Below, piece after piece: positions 37,649-50,453 of a stretch of DNA of 64,000 bases (position 1 is its first letter; each line of letters opens with the position of its first letter). Under the pieces are notes generated by a model, which had not been told where the DNA came from, searched no databases, and saw only the letters and a list, made by a program, of their open reading frames with translations. This stretch comes from Octopus sinensis (taxonomy: Eukaryota): NCBI RefSeq assembly GCF_006345805.1, contig NC_042997.1, forward strand, positions 204,476,001-204,540,000. Direction: 5' to 3'. Position numbers and translations under genes: made by a program.

Positions 37649-38749
37649 TATGACACAATATCAATGAAACAAACAACATTATTACATCTACAGCTTTGTT
37701 GTTGACAATGGATGTAGGTGTAAGTTCGATAGACAAGGAGTCACGTAACAGCTTCAAAACCATTTGACTATAAAGAGAGATTTGTGGCAAACTGAAAGAA
37801 ATGTTTAATGTACAGTGTAGATCCGAGAGCAATTAATTGTCTAAAAGCTACTCAAGTTAAAACTGGTGAGAGATCAGTTGTTTGGAGTTTAATCAGAGCA
37901 AAAGTTCAAACTTATAATCATGTAAATTATGTTGTTGAAAAATAAGGAAGTCAATTAGATTAGAAAGGTTGTGGATCTATGGGCAATGTTAGGTTAGGTT
38001 TACATTAAAAAAGGTAGAACTACTGGAACAGGGCTTATTTTTAGAGAGAGCTACATGGATATATAGACATGTGTGTGGTGTGTGTTTTGCCTCTGCTTGT
38101 ATGTGATTGTTGTTGTGTGTGTGTGCGACTGCTATATGAATTTATGTTTCTAAGTGTGTGTGTGTGTAAGTGTTCTTTTAGAGTGTTCTTTTGAAGTGAC
38201 TGCTTGTTGTTTTGGACTGAGTTGTGTGTGTGTGCATGTATGCTTATATATAAGAGATTTGTCACTCTTTGTTTATATTTGTGAGTTTATATTTGTGTGT
38301 ATGTTTTGGTTTTGCCAAAGGCCCACCTTGATTAAGTAGACTTATGTCCAAAGACGTTCCAGCTACGACCATCCTGATTGTTCCTTTCGGGCATTGTTTA
38401 TAAACACTTAAATTATCTTTATTCTTTCTTTCTGTCCTTTTTTTTTGTAGAATGTAGAGTAGTATTTCTCGTGGGTATGTGGGGGTGGGGTCAGGATAGA
38501 AGGGGGTAATGGAACGGGGGGGGGGACATATTGTCATGTTTAATAATATTGAAACTGATTTTAAACTTGTTCAAGATCATGACAAAGAAAGAATTACATA
38601 AATGCAATTTTGTCTTCTCATTAATAAAGGAGGGATGTGGGGGGAAAGATAAGAATTTAAGTTTTTTTGTCTGGAATTTCATATTCTGAAATCCACTGCT
38701 TTAGGGTGTTATTTGAGGGGTGTTTGGCTGCTATTTATAGCATGTCGAG

Positions 38750-39832
38750 TGACCGCATAGGGGCATCCTCGTTCGTTTGCATGTCTGTTTGTGGTATAAC
38801 TGTTTAGGGATCTCGGTTAGAATTTCTGACTGTAGGTGTTCAGTTGTTTGATCAACAAAATTGCCAAGCTTGTTGAATAAGAGGCCGAATATTCCGCAGA
38901 CAGGTATCCCATTAATACTGTTTTCGCTGCCGAATCAGAATAATAAAACTGGACCTTTGCATTATTGGGTACAATCCATCCGACGGGCTTTTACATAGTT
39001 TTTGTTTACCAAATTCCATTCACAACATAGAAATCGATTCGAAACTATAGAAAAGTAACACTTCCATGATGCCATGCAAAAGAAATCGAAACCAAGACCT
39101 CATGATTGCGAAGCGAACTTCTTAACCATTCGACCATTCGATGTTTGAATGTTTGCGTATGCGTATGTGTGTGTGTGTGTGTGTGTACAGAGTGTGTGTT
39201 CACTAGGTCTATGTATGTGAGCATTTTGAGCATGTTTTAGTGCATATGCATGCATTATATACCCACACGTGCATGCGTGTATACACGAGTGCGTGAATAT
39301 ATGCAGTTAAGCGTGTTTCGGTGTACGGATGTGTCTGTGAATGTGCGTACCTTTTCGCGTGTAAGATGTAGATGTGCGCGCGTGCGTGTGTGCATTCAGG
39401 TATGTTATGTGACGAAGTGGATGAAGAGCGAGGGAGAAGGGAGAGGGGAACCGACTCTTGGACTGGAACTGAAAAATAATGGTGAATGCAGGAAGGTGGG
39501 GTGGTGGAAATCTGCTAAGTTAAAAAAAAAGTTAGTGAAGTTTCCAGTCATTCAGTGAAGTCCGGTTGTGATCAGTGAACGCATCCAGCTAAGCTATGAT
39601 GGTGGTGGCGGTGGTGGTGGTGGTGTTAAAATGGCTAAGTTGGTTAGATTGACGAAAGACACACGAGGAGAACCTACCTAAGATGTCATCCCTGAAGCGA
39701 AACTACCAGTAAAAGAGTCCACATAAAGCGACGAAAAGTTACTGCCAAGAGAGGCAGCCTTTCGCCGAGGAAAGGCTGTAAAGAGGGAGCTTCGAGGTGG
39801 GCTGTCGAAAAACTGAAGGCTGAGAGACGGAG

Positions 39833-39869
<37 letters not shown>

Positions 39870-40300
39870 TGAAAGAGTGAGGGGGAGGGAAGTGGAGGGA
39901 GAGAACAGAACTGCGAATATTTCTGAAAAGTGTAGGAGGAAGAAGAAAAAAAAACTCTGAGATTAGACTCATTTTTGACGTTTAACATCCGGGATACTGT
40001 GTGTATATATAATACTTGGTGTACCCTGTGTGTGTGTGTGTGTGTGTGCATGAGAGAGAGAGAGAAGTGAGGGGGTGTTAAAGAGAGAGAGAGAGAGAAA
40101 GGGAGAGGAGGAGGAGGAGGAAGATTGTAATAAAGATACAGAGATTCTGTTGAGGAAGAATACACGACGGAATGAAGAGAGACAGCAGCAACTGAGACAG
40201 GCAGACGAGAGATTTTCGCACTCACACGCACACGCACACACACGCACACACTCACTGGCAAACTTTTACTTAGTTCTACCAACTTCTGTAACAGATCTTC
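38750..40300. promoter_or_regulatory. CpG-retaining promoter-like island with GA/CA tracts
   Basis: Dense CpGs against a CpG-depleted background, including a diverged SINE copy (about 39000-39140) that keeps its CpGs; minus-strand Inr-like TCAGTT at 40195-40190. Confidence 0.6.
39678..40193 (-). other. candidate non-coding first exon (5' UTR with uORFs)
   Basis: Runs from an Inr-like motif to a TAG|GTAGGT donor at 39678/39677; all ATG-started frames stop before or at the donor. Confidence 0.4.
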
Positions 40301-41565
40301 TCTCAGTTTGTCTTACTCCCTCTCCCCCATATCTTGTTTTCCATTCCACTTCACCTCCACCCCCATCACTTCCCTCCCTCCCTCCTTCTCTCTCTCATAT
40401 CTCTTTTCTGCTTTCTCTTTTCTCCTCTCACTTCTTTTGCTTTCCTCCCTTCCCCTCTCTCTTCCCCCTCCCTTTATCTTCCATTCCATGGACATACTTT
40501 AAAAATTCGCGATTTTCCTTTCAAAAACTTTCCACTCAGTACAAAAATCTCTATATTCCCCTGACTTTAAATCTTTAATTCTCCATTATTGTGGTTAATT
40601 AGTGTCTGGTGGATAATTATTGCAGACAATTAGTGCCAGGAGAGACTGGAATGGATGTTGATGATTGGTGCCAGGTGAGATTTCTTGATATCAGGTAAAA
40701 TGTAGTAGACAAAGAAAAAAATGATAATTCTAAAAACTGATAAAGAAATGGACTGGTCGACATTTTTTGAATTACAGAATTGTGGTTTCTGCATTCTTTT
40801 AGCAGAAAATTTATAGAGATTTTGTGTTCTATACTATTTTAAGAAACAAATGTGATTGGTGTTAGGAAGGGCATCCAGCTGTAAAACTCAAACCAAAATA
40901 AACTATGGAATCTGGTGCAGACCCTGAACTTGTCAGCTCCTGTCAAGCCATCCAACCTGTGCCAACATGGAAAATGGATATTTAATGATAATGATGATGA
41001 CGATGTGATGATGATGGTGTAATGATGATGAAAATGATCAAGAAATCATCTAAATTATTTTGGTGTTTTCCACTTTTTTTTAAAGGACAGACATATGTTA
41101 ATGAAAAAAATTAAAATCTTTTGCTGTTTTCCATCTTTTTAGGTTTGTGAAATAGCTTCAATTATAAATTTAAAATCAAGTTCATATAAATATAGATATA
41201 GACCTCTAAGCTGCCTAAAGCATGGGGACCCCTTGTTCAAAATTTAAAAGCAGAAGGTCTTCCAAAAATTAAAAATGTGTTTTTGAATAATTTTAGGTAT
41301 TTTGATGATGATGAGGGCCTTAAGCTGTGGCCTTTTTAATTTATTTTGCCTTAACCCAGCATTGGTTGAGGTCCTTTCACCTCATTTTATGATGCTTTGG
41401 ATTCATACATAGCAAGTATTCAATAAATTCAGACATCCCTTAAACCCTTCTGCAATCCCAAGCCAATATAATTATTTTCTGACATTAAGTGTGGTTGAGT
41501 TGTTAGAGCATTAGATACAAGGTTTTGTGGTTTTTGTTCTGATTCTCAACACTCTGAGTTCAAGG

Positions 41566-42000
41566 AACAGGCTGGCCAGTTGATCTTCGCTGAAGCCTGG
41601 AGTTTCTCCCAGGACGTCATCACACTTAAATTCTACTAACCCTCTATAGAAGAATGAGGTAGTACCCCCACCACCAACGTTGCCCGAATGGGAGAGAAGC
41701 ACGAGTGCCTAATGGCACTCTGCATGCCACACGCCCAACCTCGGTCTACACTTGATCCAAGGATTCAGTTTGGTAAATGACATGAACTGTGGAAATAACA
41801 GCTTGATGAGCGGAGACCACACCTGCTCACCGTCCAGGTAAAGCCAGAGAAAGGCAATAACATAGCTAAGAGGATAGATGGGGACAGTCTGCCCTGGGTG
41901 ATGCTTTTATGGGGGTGGCACTTCTGGGTCTGATAGGATGGAGAGTGACAAACTCAAAGGCTGCTCCAGGTGGAACACACTCTCTCTACATCACTCCATG
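41566..42000 (-). mobile_element. Tx1/L1-clade LINE ORF2 internal fragment sitting in the B-box of a family D SINE
   Basis: Minus strand YLDGEQVWSPLIKLLFPQ...RPRLGVWHAEC.*AL..L...FYRGLVE...DDVLG; GC-rich; SINE halves ctgagttcaa | ..ccaactttgc on either side. Confidence 0.5.
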
Positions 42001-42489
42001 AGGGCCAACTTTGCTTTAAGTTCTTTTGGAGTTGATAGAAATGAGTCCCAATCAAGTACAGGGGTCGATGGTATAATTTTAGACTAGAAATAATTTATTC
42101 CACTAGGTGTTCTAGAACAAGGCTGTGGCCATGCTGAAGCACTGTTTTTCATAAATTGCATAACTAATGGTGGATCAAGTTTAATAATAGAGAACCTCCC
42201 CCTCTCGGGTGAAGTACTATACTGTACCTACAGTCAATCAGAAAATGGGAAAACATTCAGTAATTAGTAAAACACTTGGAAGACAACTAAGAGAAGCTGC
42301 TATAAAAGAGTTAAATGTCTGAGAACTGTTATTGTTAATGCAATTATAATTTTTCAGGTTATTTAACCTCACCTGCAAAGATGAACATTGAAAGAAAAAA
42401 TATTTATATAAATACATTTCAAGCTGTTTCATTCTTGACCCCCATCAGGTGTCTTTATTGTATTGCATCAGACTGGATTCATCAGTGGA

Positions 42490-42923
42490 TAAAATCATTA
42501 TTGGCCTCAGTGCTGGTGGCACGTAAAAAGCACCATCCGATCGTGGCTGTTGCCAGCCCCATCTGGCCTCCATGCCAGTGGCATGTAAAAAGCACCATCC
42601 GATTGTGGCCATTGTCAACCTCGTCTGGCACGTAAAAAGCACCATCCGATCGTGGCTGTTGCCAGCCCCATCTGGCCTCCGTGCCAGTGGCATGTAAAAA
42701 GCACCATCCGATCGTGGCCATTGCCAACCTCGTCTAGCACGTAAAAAGCACCCACTACACTCACGGAGTGGTTGGCGTTAGGAAGGGCATCCAGCTGTAG
42801 AAACACTGCCAGATCAGACTGGAGCCTGGTGCAGTCTCCTGGCTTCCCAGACCCCAGTTGAACCGTCCAACCCATGCTAGCATGGAAAGCGGACATTAAA
42901 CGATGATGATGATGATGATGATG
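42490..42923 (+). mobile_element. RTE-derived 3' tail with higher-order (62 bp + 47 bp)x2 tandem array
   Basis: Five TGGCAYGTAAAAAGCACC motifs at about 42518, 42580, 42627, 42689, 42736 in alternating unit lengths. Confidence 0.85.
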
Positions 42924-43349
42924 AATCGGAATTTAGAAATATAGGTTCTTAGTTCAAATTCTGTTTGGTTCTATGTACATATCTAGGAATAAGACTCTTG
43001 ATAACAATCAAAGACCAGAGCATTTAAAGCATAGTGTAGATATTGGTATCAATGGTGCTGGGTCAACAGAAGCTTGTATCAATGACATGTGTCAGTCATT
43101 AGCTGTCAGGACACTGCATTCTCCAAAAATTCCATGCTTCCCATAAAATTCACCAACACAACACCTGACAAGCTTGTACACCTTCTCCTCTTTTCTTTAT
43201 GACTCTCTTAATGTTCACTTCTGTCGTTTTGTGCACACATGCTTCTAGTTTTAATCTTTTAGTCTTTCTTAAGCTGAATAGTATATCTGCTTTCTGTTCA
43301 TTCTTTTAACCTTTTCTGACCCAGTGTAATGCACCTGAACACTGTACAC

Positions 43350-43445
43350 AATAACCACCACCATCACCACCACCACCATCACCACCATCACCACCATCAC
43401 CACCACGACCACGACCACGACCACGACCACTACCACCACCACATC
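43350..43445. repeat. (ACC/ATC/ACG)n compound trinucleotide tract
   Basis: Directly visible. Confidence 0.9.
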
Positions 43446-43633
43446 CTCCTCCTCCATCATCACCAATATTAAGGCAGTACACTGGCAGAAGTGTTATGCT
43501 TCAGGTGAAATGCTTTAGAGACATTTCTTACAGCTTTACATTCTATAGATGAAATAAGTACCAGTTGAATACTGAGGTTGATATAATTGATGCTCCCCAC
43601 CAAGTATCAGGCCTCATGCCTATAGCAGAAAGA

Positions 43634-43666
<33 letters not shown>

Positions 43667-43779
43667 TTTGTGAGAAAACCATTTACAGTTTCCTTTCTTA
43701 TATCAAAAAGTAATTAGTCTGCCTTGAAAATGCTTCATAAAACTGGTCAATGCTAACAAATGCTGTTTGAGACTGTCCT

Positions 43780-44450
43780 AATATTTTAAAAGTTACAACT
43801 ATGGCCTTTTTTCCTGGAATGTGCCTCTGTCTGTCCTTTTGGGTTCTGACAGACAATGTCTTCATAGATTTGGCCACACACCATTTGAACTACGCCAATT
43901 ACCAATTGGACAATGGATAATTTGTTAACTGCCATAATATTATTTACCAATCCAACAGCTTAGTATAATTTTGTCTTTGATTCATAGGACTGGAATGCAT
44001 CTAAACCTTTGTACTTTGCACAGTTATCATACAGCTTGTACTTTTTGTTTTTTTGATTTCTTCATATCACCTTATTACACTAATCAGCCCCCTCTCCACC
44101 AATTGATTTCTTCTAAGTATTCTCCAACTCCTGCTGTTGTTACATTATAGTAGATCTGTATTTGTATCATACCATGCCTTTGCTGTAGGCAAGATAGATA
44201 TAACCAACTATAGAGCAGTGACCTTGGTACACTGTTAGTAGTTTTCTAGGTTCTGACTGAGCTCTTCCATTCACACAATCTATTTCTGTGTTGTATTTTT
44301 TATCAGTTTCATCTGTTCCTCTGTACAGCTCTGTTCTGATTCTCTGATGTCAGTGTCTTGATAGAAGTTAACTGTTCTCAACTTTAATTAATTTACATCT
44401 TCTTAGGGCAGCTTTGGCACATTTGTCTGACCCCTAATCCACCTCAGGTG
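43780..44450 (-). mobile_element. heavily decayed R4/Dong-like LINE fragment (post-RT region)
   Basis: Minus-strand remnants RKLLTVYQGH, DTNTD.L and GG.GLISV, matching the RK(L)LTM..LHP.SD.DRLY..R..GGRGL pattern. Confidence 0.45.
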
Positions 44451-45724
44451 ATTTAATTGACAATCTTTGTAGATTCCCCAGCCAGTTGCTGTTTGTAAAA
44501 CAAACAGTTTTTTTTTTTAATTCAGAGATGACAGTTCAGTGTTTGTCTATGACATTTATAACTGTTGATGGGTTTTAGTCATCAAATGTGTTAATAGAGT
44601 CAGAGCTAGGCAAAAGAGTAAAGCAGATAAGGAGTCTCTCTAGAAGATTTCTCTTCCTGCATATATAGGGTTGTTTCGTTTTGTTTTAATAATCTCTTTG
44701 CTTTGCAGTAATATGATCATTTTCCATTTCAACATGGCATGGTTGATGTACCACTGCTTTAATTATATTTACTGTCTCCAATATCAAAGAGTGTATTATG
44801 TTATCAAATGCTATAAGCTAATTAATTTATGCCATGATAAAGTTTTCTCATTTTGCTGTCTGCAATAATTACCTGATTTACAAGTAACTTCATTTCATGT
44901 GTGTACTCCTATTTCACTGTTTGTCTGCTAAGGTGCTATTAATTTCTAGATAAACAGCAGTAAGCCTGTTAAAGGCTATAGATTTAAGGGCTTTGTATAT
45001 TGTCGTTGAAGAAATTGTAAGTTTTAAGTGGGGGTTCTCATTGTGTTTTGTGAATCAATAGGCAATCATATTGTAACAAATCAAATGTTGATTCTGACAC
45101 AATCATCACCACCACTATTATCATCATCATTTAATGCCCATGTTCTATGGTGGCATGGGTCAGATAGTCTGACAAGTCTGAAGACTGCATCATGCTTTGA
45201 TGTCAGCTTTGGCATGGTTTCTATGACTGAATGACCCTCCTGATGCCAACCACTTAACAGTATGTACTGGATGCTTTTTATCATGACACCACCAGCACTA
45301 TAAAAGTTACCATGGAGTTTGACTGAGTGGGGCTACAATAGAGAAGGCAATCATGCTATGGTTAATAAAGGGTTAAAGTGAGACACAAGGGGCCAGGAAA
45401 AACCTGTTTTCTTGCAGTAGGGGCACTACATGACTCCTCACATTATAGAAGTGTTCTGTTTACTAATTTACTGAATGCTGCGGCTACAAATTCACAAACC
45501 AGTTAGTCATTTCAACCTCAAATTAGAGCCAGAGTGAATTCCAGAGGCTTTCCAGTGGCTTACAATTTTAATTTTTTTTCCAAATGCCTCACAAATTGCA
45601 CTTTATCATATATGTGAAATTTTTATCGTTTCCTATCTCTTACACTGTTTTCTTTTGTAAATCATCTTATTGAATTCTGTTTGTTTCTCATTTTCTCCTA
45701 AAATAAATATCTTTTGATGTTTTT

Positions 45725-46260
45725 GAATTTTGGGCGTCACAGAGGCAATAACTAGTGACTATGACCTCTGGTGATATGCTGTGCTTGAGAAGACCTGTCA
45801 AGCCAAGTGAAATCACAGTTGTGGCTGATGCTGGTGTCACATAAGTGGCACTCGTGCCAGTGGCATGTAAAAAGCACCTTTTAAGCATTGGGCCTCGTGT
45901 AGGCAAAGTGGTAATGTTGGTGGTATGCGAAAAGCTCCTTTTGTGTGTTGGGCCTCAAAGAGGCAATGACTAAGACCTTTGGCATTATGTCGTGGTTGAG
46001 AAGACCCATCAAGCCAAGTAAAATCACAATCATGGCAGATACCGATGTCACACAAATTGCACCTGTGCCAGTGGCATGTAAAAAGCACCCATTACACTCT
46101 TGGAGTGGTTGGTGATAGGAAGAGCATCCAGCAGTAGAAATCATGCCAAATCAGACTGGAATATGGTGTAGCCTTTGAGCTTGCCAGCCCTGGTCAAACT
46201 GTTCAACCCATGCTAGCATGGACAACAGATGCTAAATGATGATGATGATAATGATGATGT
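45725..46260 (+). mobile_element. RTE 3' end with an approximately 210-bp tandem duplication including the ORF end
   Basis: Two copies of gggcctca.agaggcaat...gagaagacc...agccaagt...tggcatgtaaaaagcacc, then the standard tail. Confidence 0.7.
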
Positions 46261-46598
46261 TGTTGAATCATCATTGTTCCATGTTTCTCCCAAAATGTCT
46301 GAATGTTTGTTAATATTACCTGTATGATCCAATGATCCCTATGTTCTTCCAATATCTGAATGTCTGCTGATATTACTTATTGAAGTAAACTAAACAAGAT
46401 TAACAAGGAAATATGATATATATATACACATATGTAAATGTGTGTGTGTGTGTGTGTGTGTGTCCATGAATGTGCATCTATATATATATATATTAAATGA
46501 TGAGATGATGATATATGTATATCTTATCATCTCATCATTTAATGTCTGTTTTCCATACGGGCATGAGTTGGACTACACACACACACATGCACATGTGT

Positions 46599-46633
<35 letters not shown>

Positions 46634-46639
46634 TGTGTG

Positions 46640-46682
<43 letters not shown>

Positions 46683-46685
46683 ATA

Positions 46686-47175
46686 GGGAGACAAGCAGAC
46701 ACAAAGAAAGAGAGGAAGGATAGAGATGTTATAGTGATTCTTTGATGATTAGCCACATCCATTCCCTCTTCAAATTAAACACTCCTTAATCTTGAATCTA
46801 GAGTGAGTCAATGCAGTTATCCCACCCGAGTCAGTGGCCATGTGATTCAACACCTGAAAAAAAGACTGTTGCCCTTCCTCATCTGCCTAAGCAATGAGAG
46901 AAAAATGTAGACACCATAGGGCCTCCAAGACTTGGTAGGAACAAGGAATGATGCTATCTTTAGACTAGAGTGGACTCTGCTAAAAGCACCCAAAAACCAG
47001 GTGTTGAATCATATGGCCACTGACTAGGGTGGGATAACTGCATTGACTCACTCTAGATTCGAAATTAAGGAGTGTTTAATTTGAAGAAGGAATGGATGTG
47101 GCTAATTAACAAAGAATCACTATAACATCTCTGTCCTTCCTCCTTTACTTCTGTCTTTCTGTTTGCCTGTCTCCC
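46686..47175. mobile_element. fold-back MITE with about 171-178 bp TIRs and TA flanks
   Basis: 46686-46856 is the reverse complement of 46998-47175 with few mismatches and one indel; TA|GGGAG...CTCCC|TA. Confidence 0.85.
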
Positions 47176-47251
47176 TATTTATATAGAGATGCAGGTGTGG
47201 CTGCATGATAAGAACCTTGTATATACTTACATACATATTTACATACATTAT

Positions 47252-47305
<54 letters not shown>

Positions 47306-47452
47306 TATATATATATATATATATATATATAACCCTACAGTCACTGATTTGTTCTGCTTTTTATATCTAATCCTACAGTCTCTTATGTGGTGGTTTAATA
47401 AAGTATGTGATTGAGTATTATCTGGTAATTGATATTTGATTTAGATGTATTT

Positions 47453-47700
47453 CTCCATTTTCTTATCTTGTATATATATATATATATAGTTAATCCAAAC
47501 AAGAAAGCACAAAAAAAAACACAACAACGTGAGGACGTGGAACAAATATAGTATTATTGGATGCTCAGGAAAGAAGGAAAGAAGGAGGGTTTAATGTTTC
47601 GAGTGGAGCTCTTCGTCGGAAACATAGGAGAAGGAAAGATCCAGAGAAGGGAAGACAGAGGAAAAAAAATTGCCAATGGTACACACGCGGTCACATTTTG
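47453..47700 (-). mobile_element. Penelope-related non-autonomous repeat with a hammerhead-like motif
   Basis: Shares the ttctccattttcttat terminus with 26530-26550; contains the motif at 47589-47623. Confidence 0.5.
47589..47623 (-). ncRNA. degenerate minimal type I hammerhead ribozyme motif
   Basis: Minus strand GTTT-CCGACGA-A-GAG ctcca CTC-GAA-ACAT-T-AAAC. Stems I and II pair; the core has U4>C and stem III has ACGT>ACAT (CpG decay). Confidence 0.5.
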
Positions 47701-47929
47701 AATATATATAAAGTAGTATTATTGCCGTTATATATAGTAATAATAATAGATATTGAAATATTCCTTACTTACTAATGTATTCAAAGCAAAGGTAAGCCTA
47801 TTTCTGAAATGTTCTTTGCATTGCTTGTGTGTCTCTTTATCGTAATTTTCATGGTAGTTCTTGGAGAAAAGGCTCTGATTTTAGCAAGTGGTATCATATA
47901 CCCTGCCTAATCTGAAATTACATACACAC

Positions 47930-47935
47930 ACACAC

Positions 47936-47969
<34 letters not shown>

Positions 47970-48570
47970 GTGTGTCTGTTTGTCTTTGTGTCTGTGTTTG
48001 TCCCCCATCACCACTTGACAACCTGTGTTGGTGTGTTTACGTCCCTGTAACTTAGCGGTTCAGTAAAAGTGACTGATAGAATAAGTACTAAGCTAATCCT
48101 GGGGTTGATTTGTTTGACTAAAGCCCTTCAAGGAGGAGCTCCAGCATGGCCACAGTCATATGACTGAAACAAGTAAAAGAATAAAAGGACATATATTTCA
48201 TGTTTTACTTGTTTTTAGTCATTAGACTGTGGCCATGCTGGGGCACTGCCTTGCAGGAGTTTAGTCAAGTAAATCAACCCCAGGACTTATTCTTTGTAAG
48301 CCTAGTTCTTATTCTATCAGTCTCTTTAGCCGAACCGCTAAGTTGCATGGACGTAAACACACCAGCATCAGCTGTCAAGCGATGTTGGGGGTGGGGGACA
48401 AACATACACACACACACACATATATACATATATACGATGGGTTTCTTTCAATTTCCATCTACTACACCCACTCAGAAAACATAATGGGAATAGAAGGTGC
48501 CACTTAGTTGGACAGAACACAGAACCATGTGGTTGAGAAACAAGTTTCTTGCAACACCAAGCATGCTTGT
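47930..48570. mobile_element. tail-to-tail inverted pair of family B SINEs
   Basis: Plus copy ends gaaacaagtaaaaga at about 48180; minus copy begins ttttacttgttt at about 48202. Confidence 0.8.
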
Positions 48571-50453
48571 GCCTATAAATAAATAAATATATATATGTAT
48601 AAAAGTATATCATCATCATCATTTAATGTCTGCTTTCTGTGCTGGCATGGGTGAAACGGTTTAACTGGAATTGATAAGCTGGAGAGCTGCACCAGGCTCC
48701 AGTCTGATCTGGCTTGGTTCCTATAGCTGGATGCCCTTCTTAACATTAACCACTTCAAGAGTGTAATGGATGCTTTTTACATGGCACAAGAATAGGTGGG
48801 GCCAATTTTGGAATGGTTTTTACAGCTGGATGCCTTTCCAAATGCCAATTAACTTAAATTAATATTAAATTAAAGTGAATTAGTGATGAAGCATAGAGAT
48901 GCTCTCAGGTGACTAAAAGTTGACTGTCATAGCTGAATGATATACTTTTATAAACAAATTTTGGAGTGCCTAGTTTGTTGGGTTGATGCCAGTGCCACCT
49001 GACTGGTTCTATGCCAGTGGACACATAAAAAGCACCAGTCGAGTGTGATCGTTGCCAGTGCTGCCTGACTGGCTCCTGTGCGGGTAACACGTAAAAAGCA
49101 CCATTCAAGCATGGTTGACGCCAGTACCACCTGACTGGCCCTCATACCAGTGGCATGTAAAAAGCACTCTCTACACTCTTGGAGTGGTGAGCATTAGGAA
49201 GGACATTCAGCTGTAAAAACTTTGCCAGATCAGATTGGAGCCTGGTGCAGCCTCCTGGCTTGCCAGTCCTCAGTCAAACCGTCCAACCCATGCCAGCATG
49301 GAAAGCAGACATTAAATGACAACGATGATGATGATGATGATGATGATAAAGGAATCCTCAAATGCAGAATAACTGTGAAAATGATTTAGATCAGGTAAGT
49401 ACCCTTAGAAAATGGGAGTGGGGGGGGAAGTCAGGTCAAAAAAGTGTTCACATATTGGCTAATAAACTTAGTTCATCGTTGTCGTCATCATCATCATCAT
49501 CATCATCATTATTATTAAAATATAATATTATATTCTCATCACAGCTAATTTGCCAATCAGTTTCGTACAAGGAGTTGAGAAAAACCATATGGCTTTGAAA
49601 GAAAATAAAATTGTATTTTGTTAACGAAAAAATATATACATTCTTACACATGTACGTACATACATATACACCCACCCACATACTAACACCCACACACTCA
49701 CACCCGCCCAAACACACACACACGCATACGTGCGTAAAGAGAGAGTGCTTATTTTATCCCATCCAATCACCAAACAATGTAAAATGTATTCTAATTGTAT
49801 CCTGATGGTGTTTCTGTGGCAGGAGCTATTCACTTCTCTTTCATATTAAACATATCTTAATCACTTACCTTACGCAGATAATTCTCTATTAATATTTAAC
49901 AACTTCCTCTAGTTGCCAAACAAAGAACAATTCTATAATCACAGCTTCGCCCAAACCCCACCACTCCACAATTATCTTTCCAAACCTCTCTTCCTGGTTT
50001 CTGAGCCACAAAAAAGAAACTGTTTGCAATGAAATCAATGAAGCTTTTATCTTAGGGTATGATACAACTTGGAATATTTATATTGGCCAGCCTTGAGGGG
50101 AGAGGTACAAGTCGATTACACCAATCTCAGTATTTAACTGGTACTTATTTTATGGATCCCAAAAGGATGAAAGGTAAAAGTAAAGACCACAGTGGAATTT
50201 GAAATCAGAACATAAACCTGGATGATATGCCGCTAAGCATTTTGTCCAGCATGCTAAAGATTTTGCTAGTTTGCTGCCTTCATAATAACAATGATAATAA
50301 TAATGGTTTCAAATTTTGACACGAGGCCAACAGTTTCAGGGAAAGGGGGTAAGTCAACTACAGCAACCCCAGTGCTCAGCTGGTACTAATTTTATCGACC
50401 CTGAAAGGATGAAAGACAAAGTCAACCCCAGTGGAATCTGAACTCAGAATATA

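Noticed and set aside
39686-40282. 198-aa minus-strand ORF (longest in the track)
   Set aside because: Kept open by CT/CA microsatellites; composition is S/L/P low-complexity with no domain. Better explained as 5' UTR or promoter sequence.
42500-42750. CRISPR-like repeat-spacer array
   Set aside because: Intervening segments are themselves repeated and the array is part of a eukaryotic RTE 3' tail; no cas genes.
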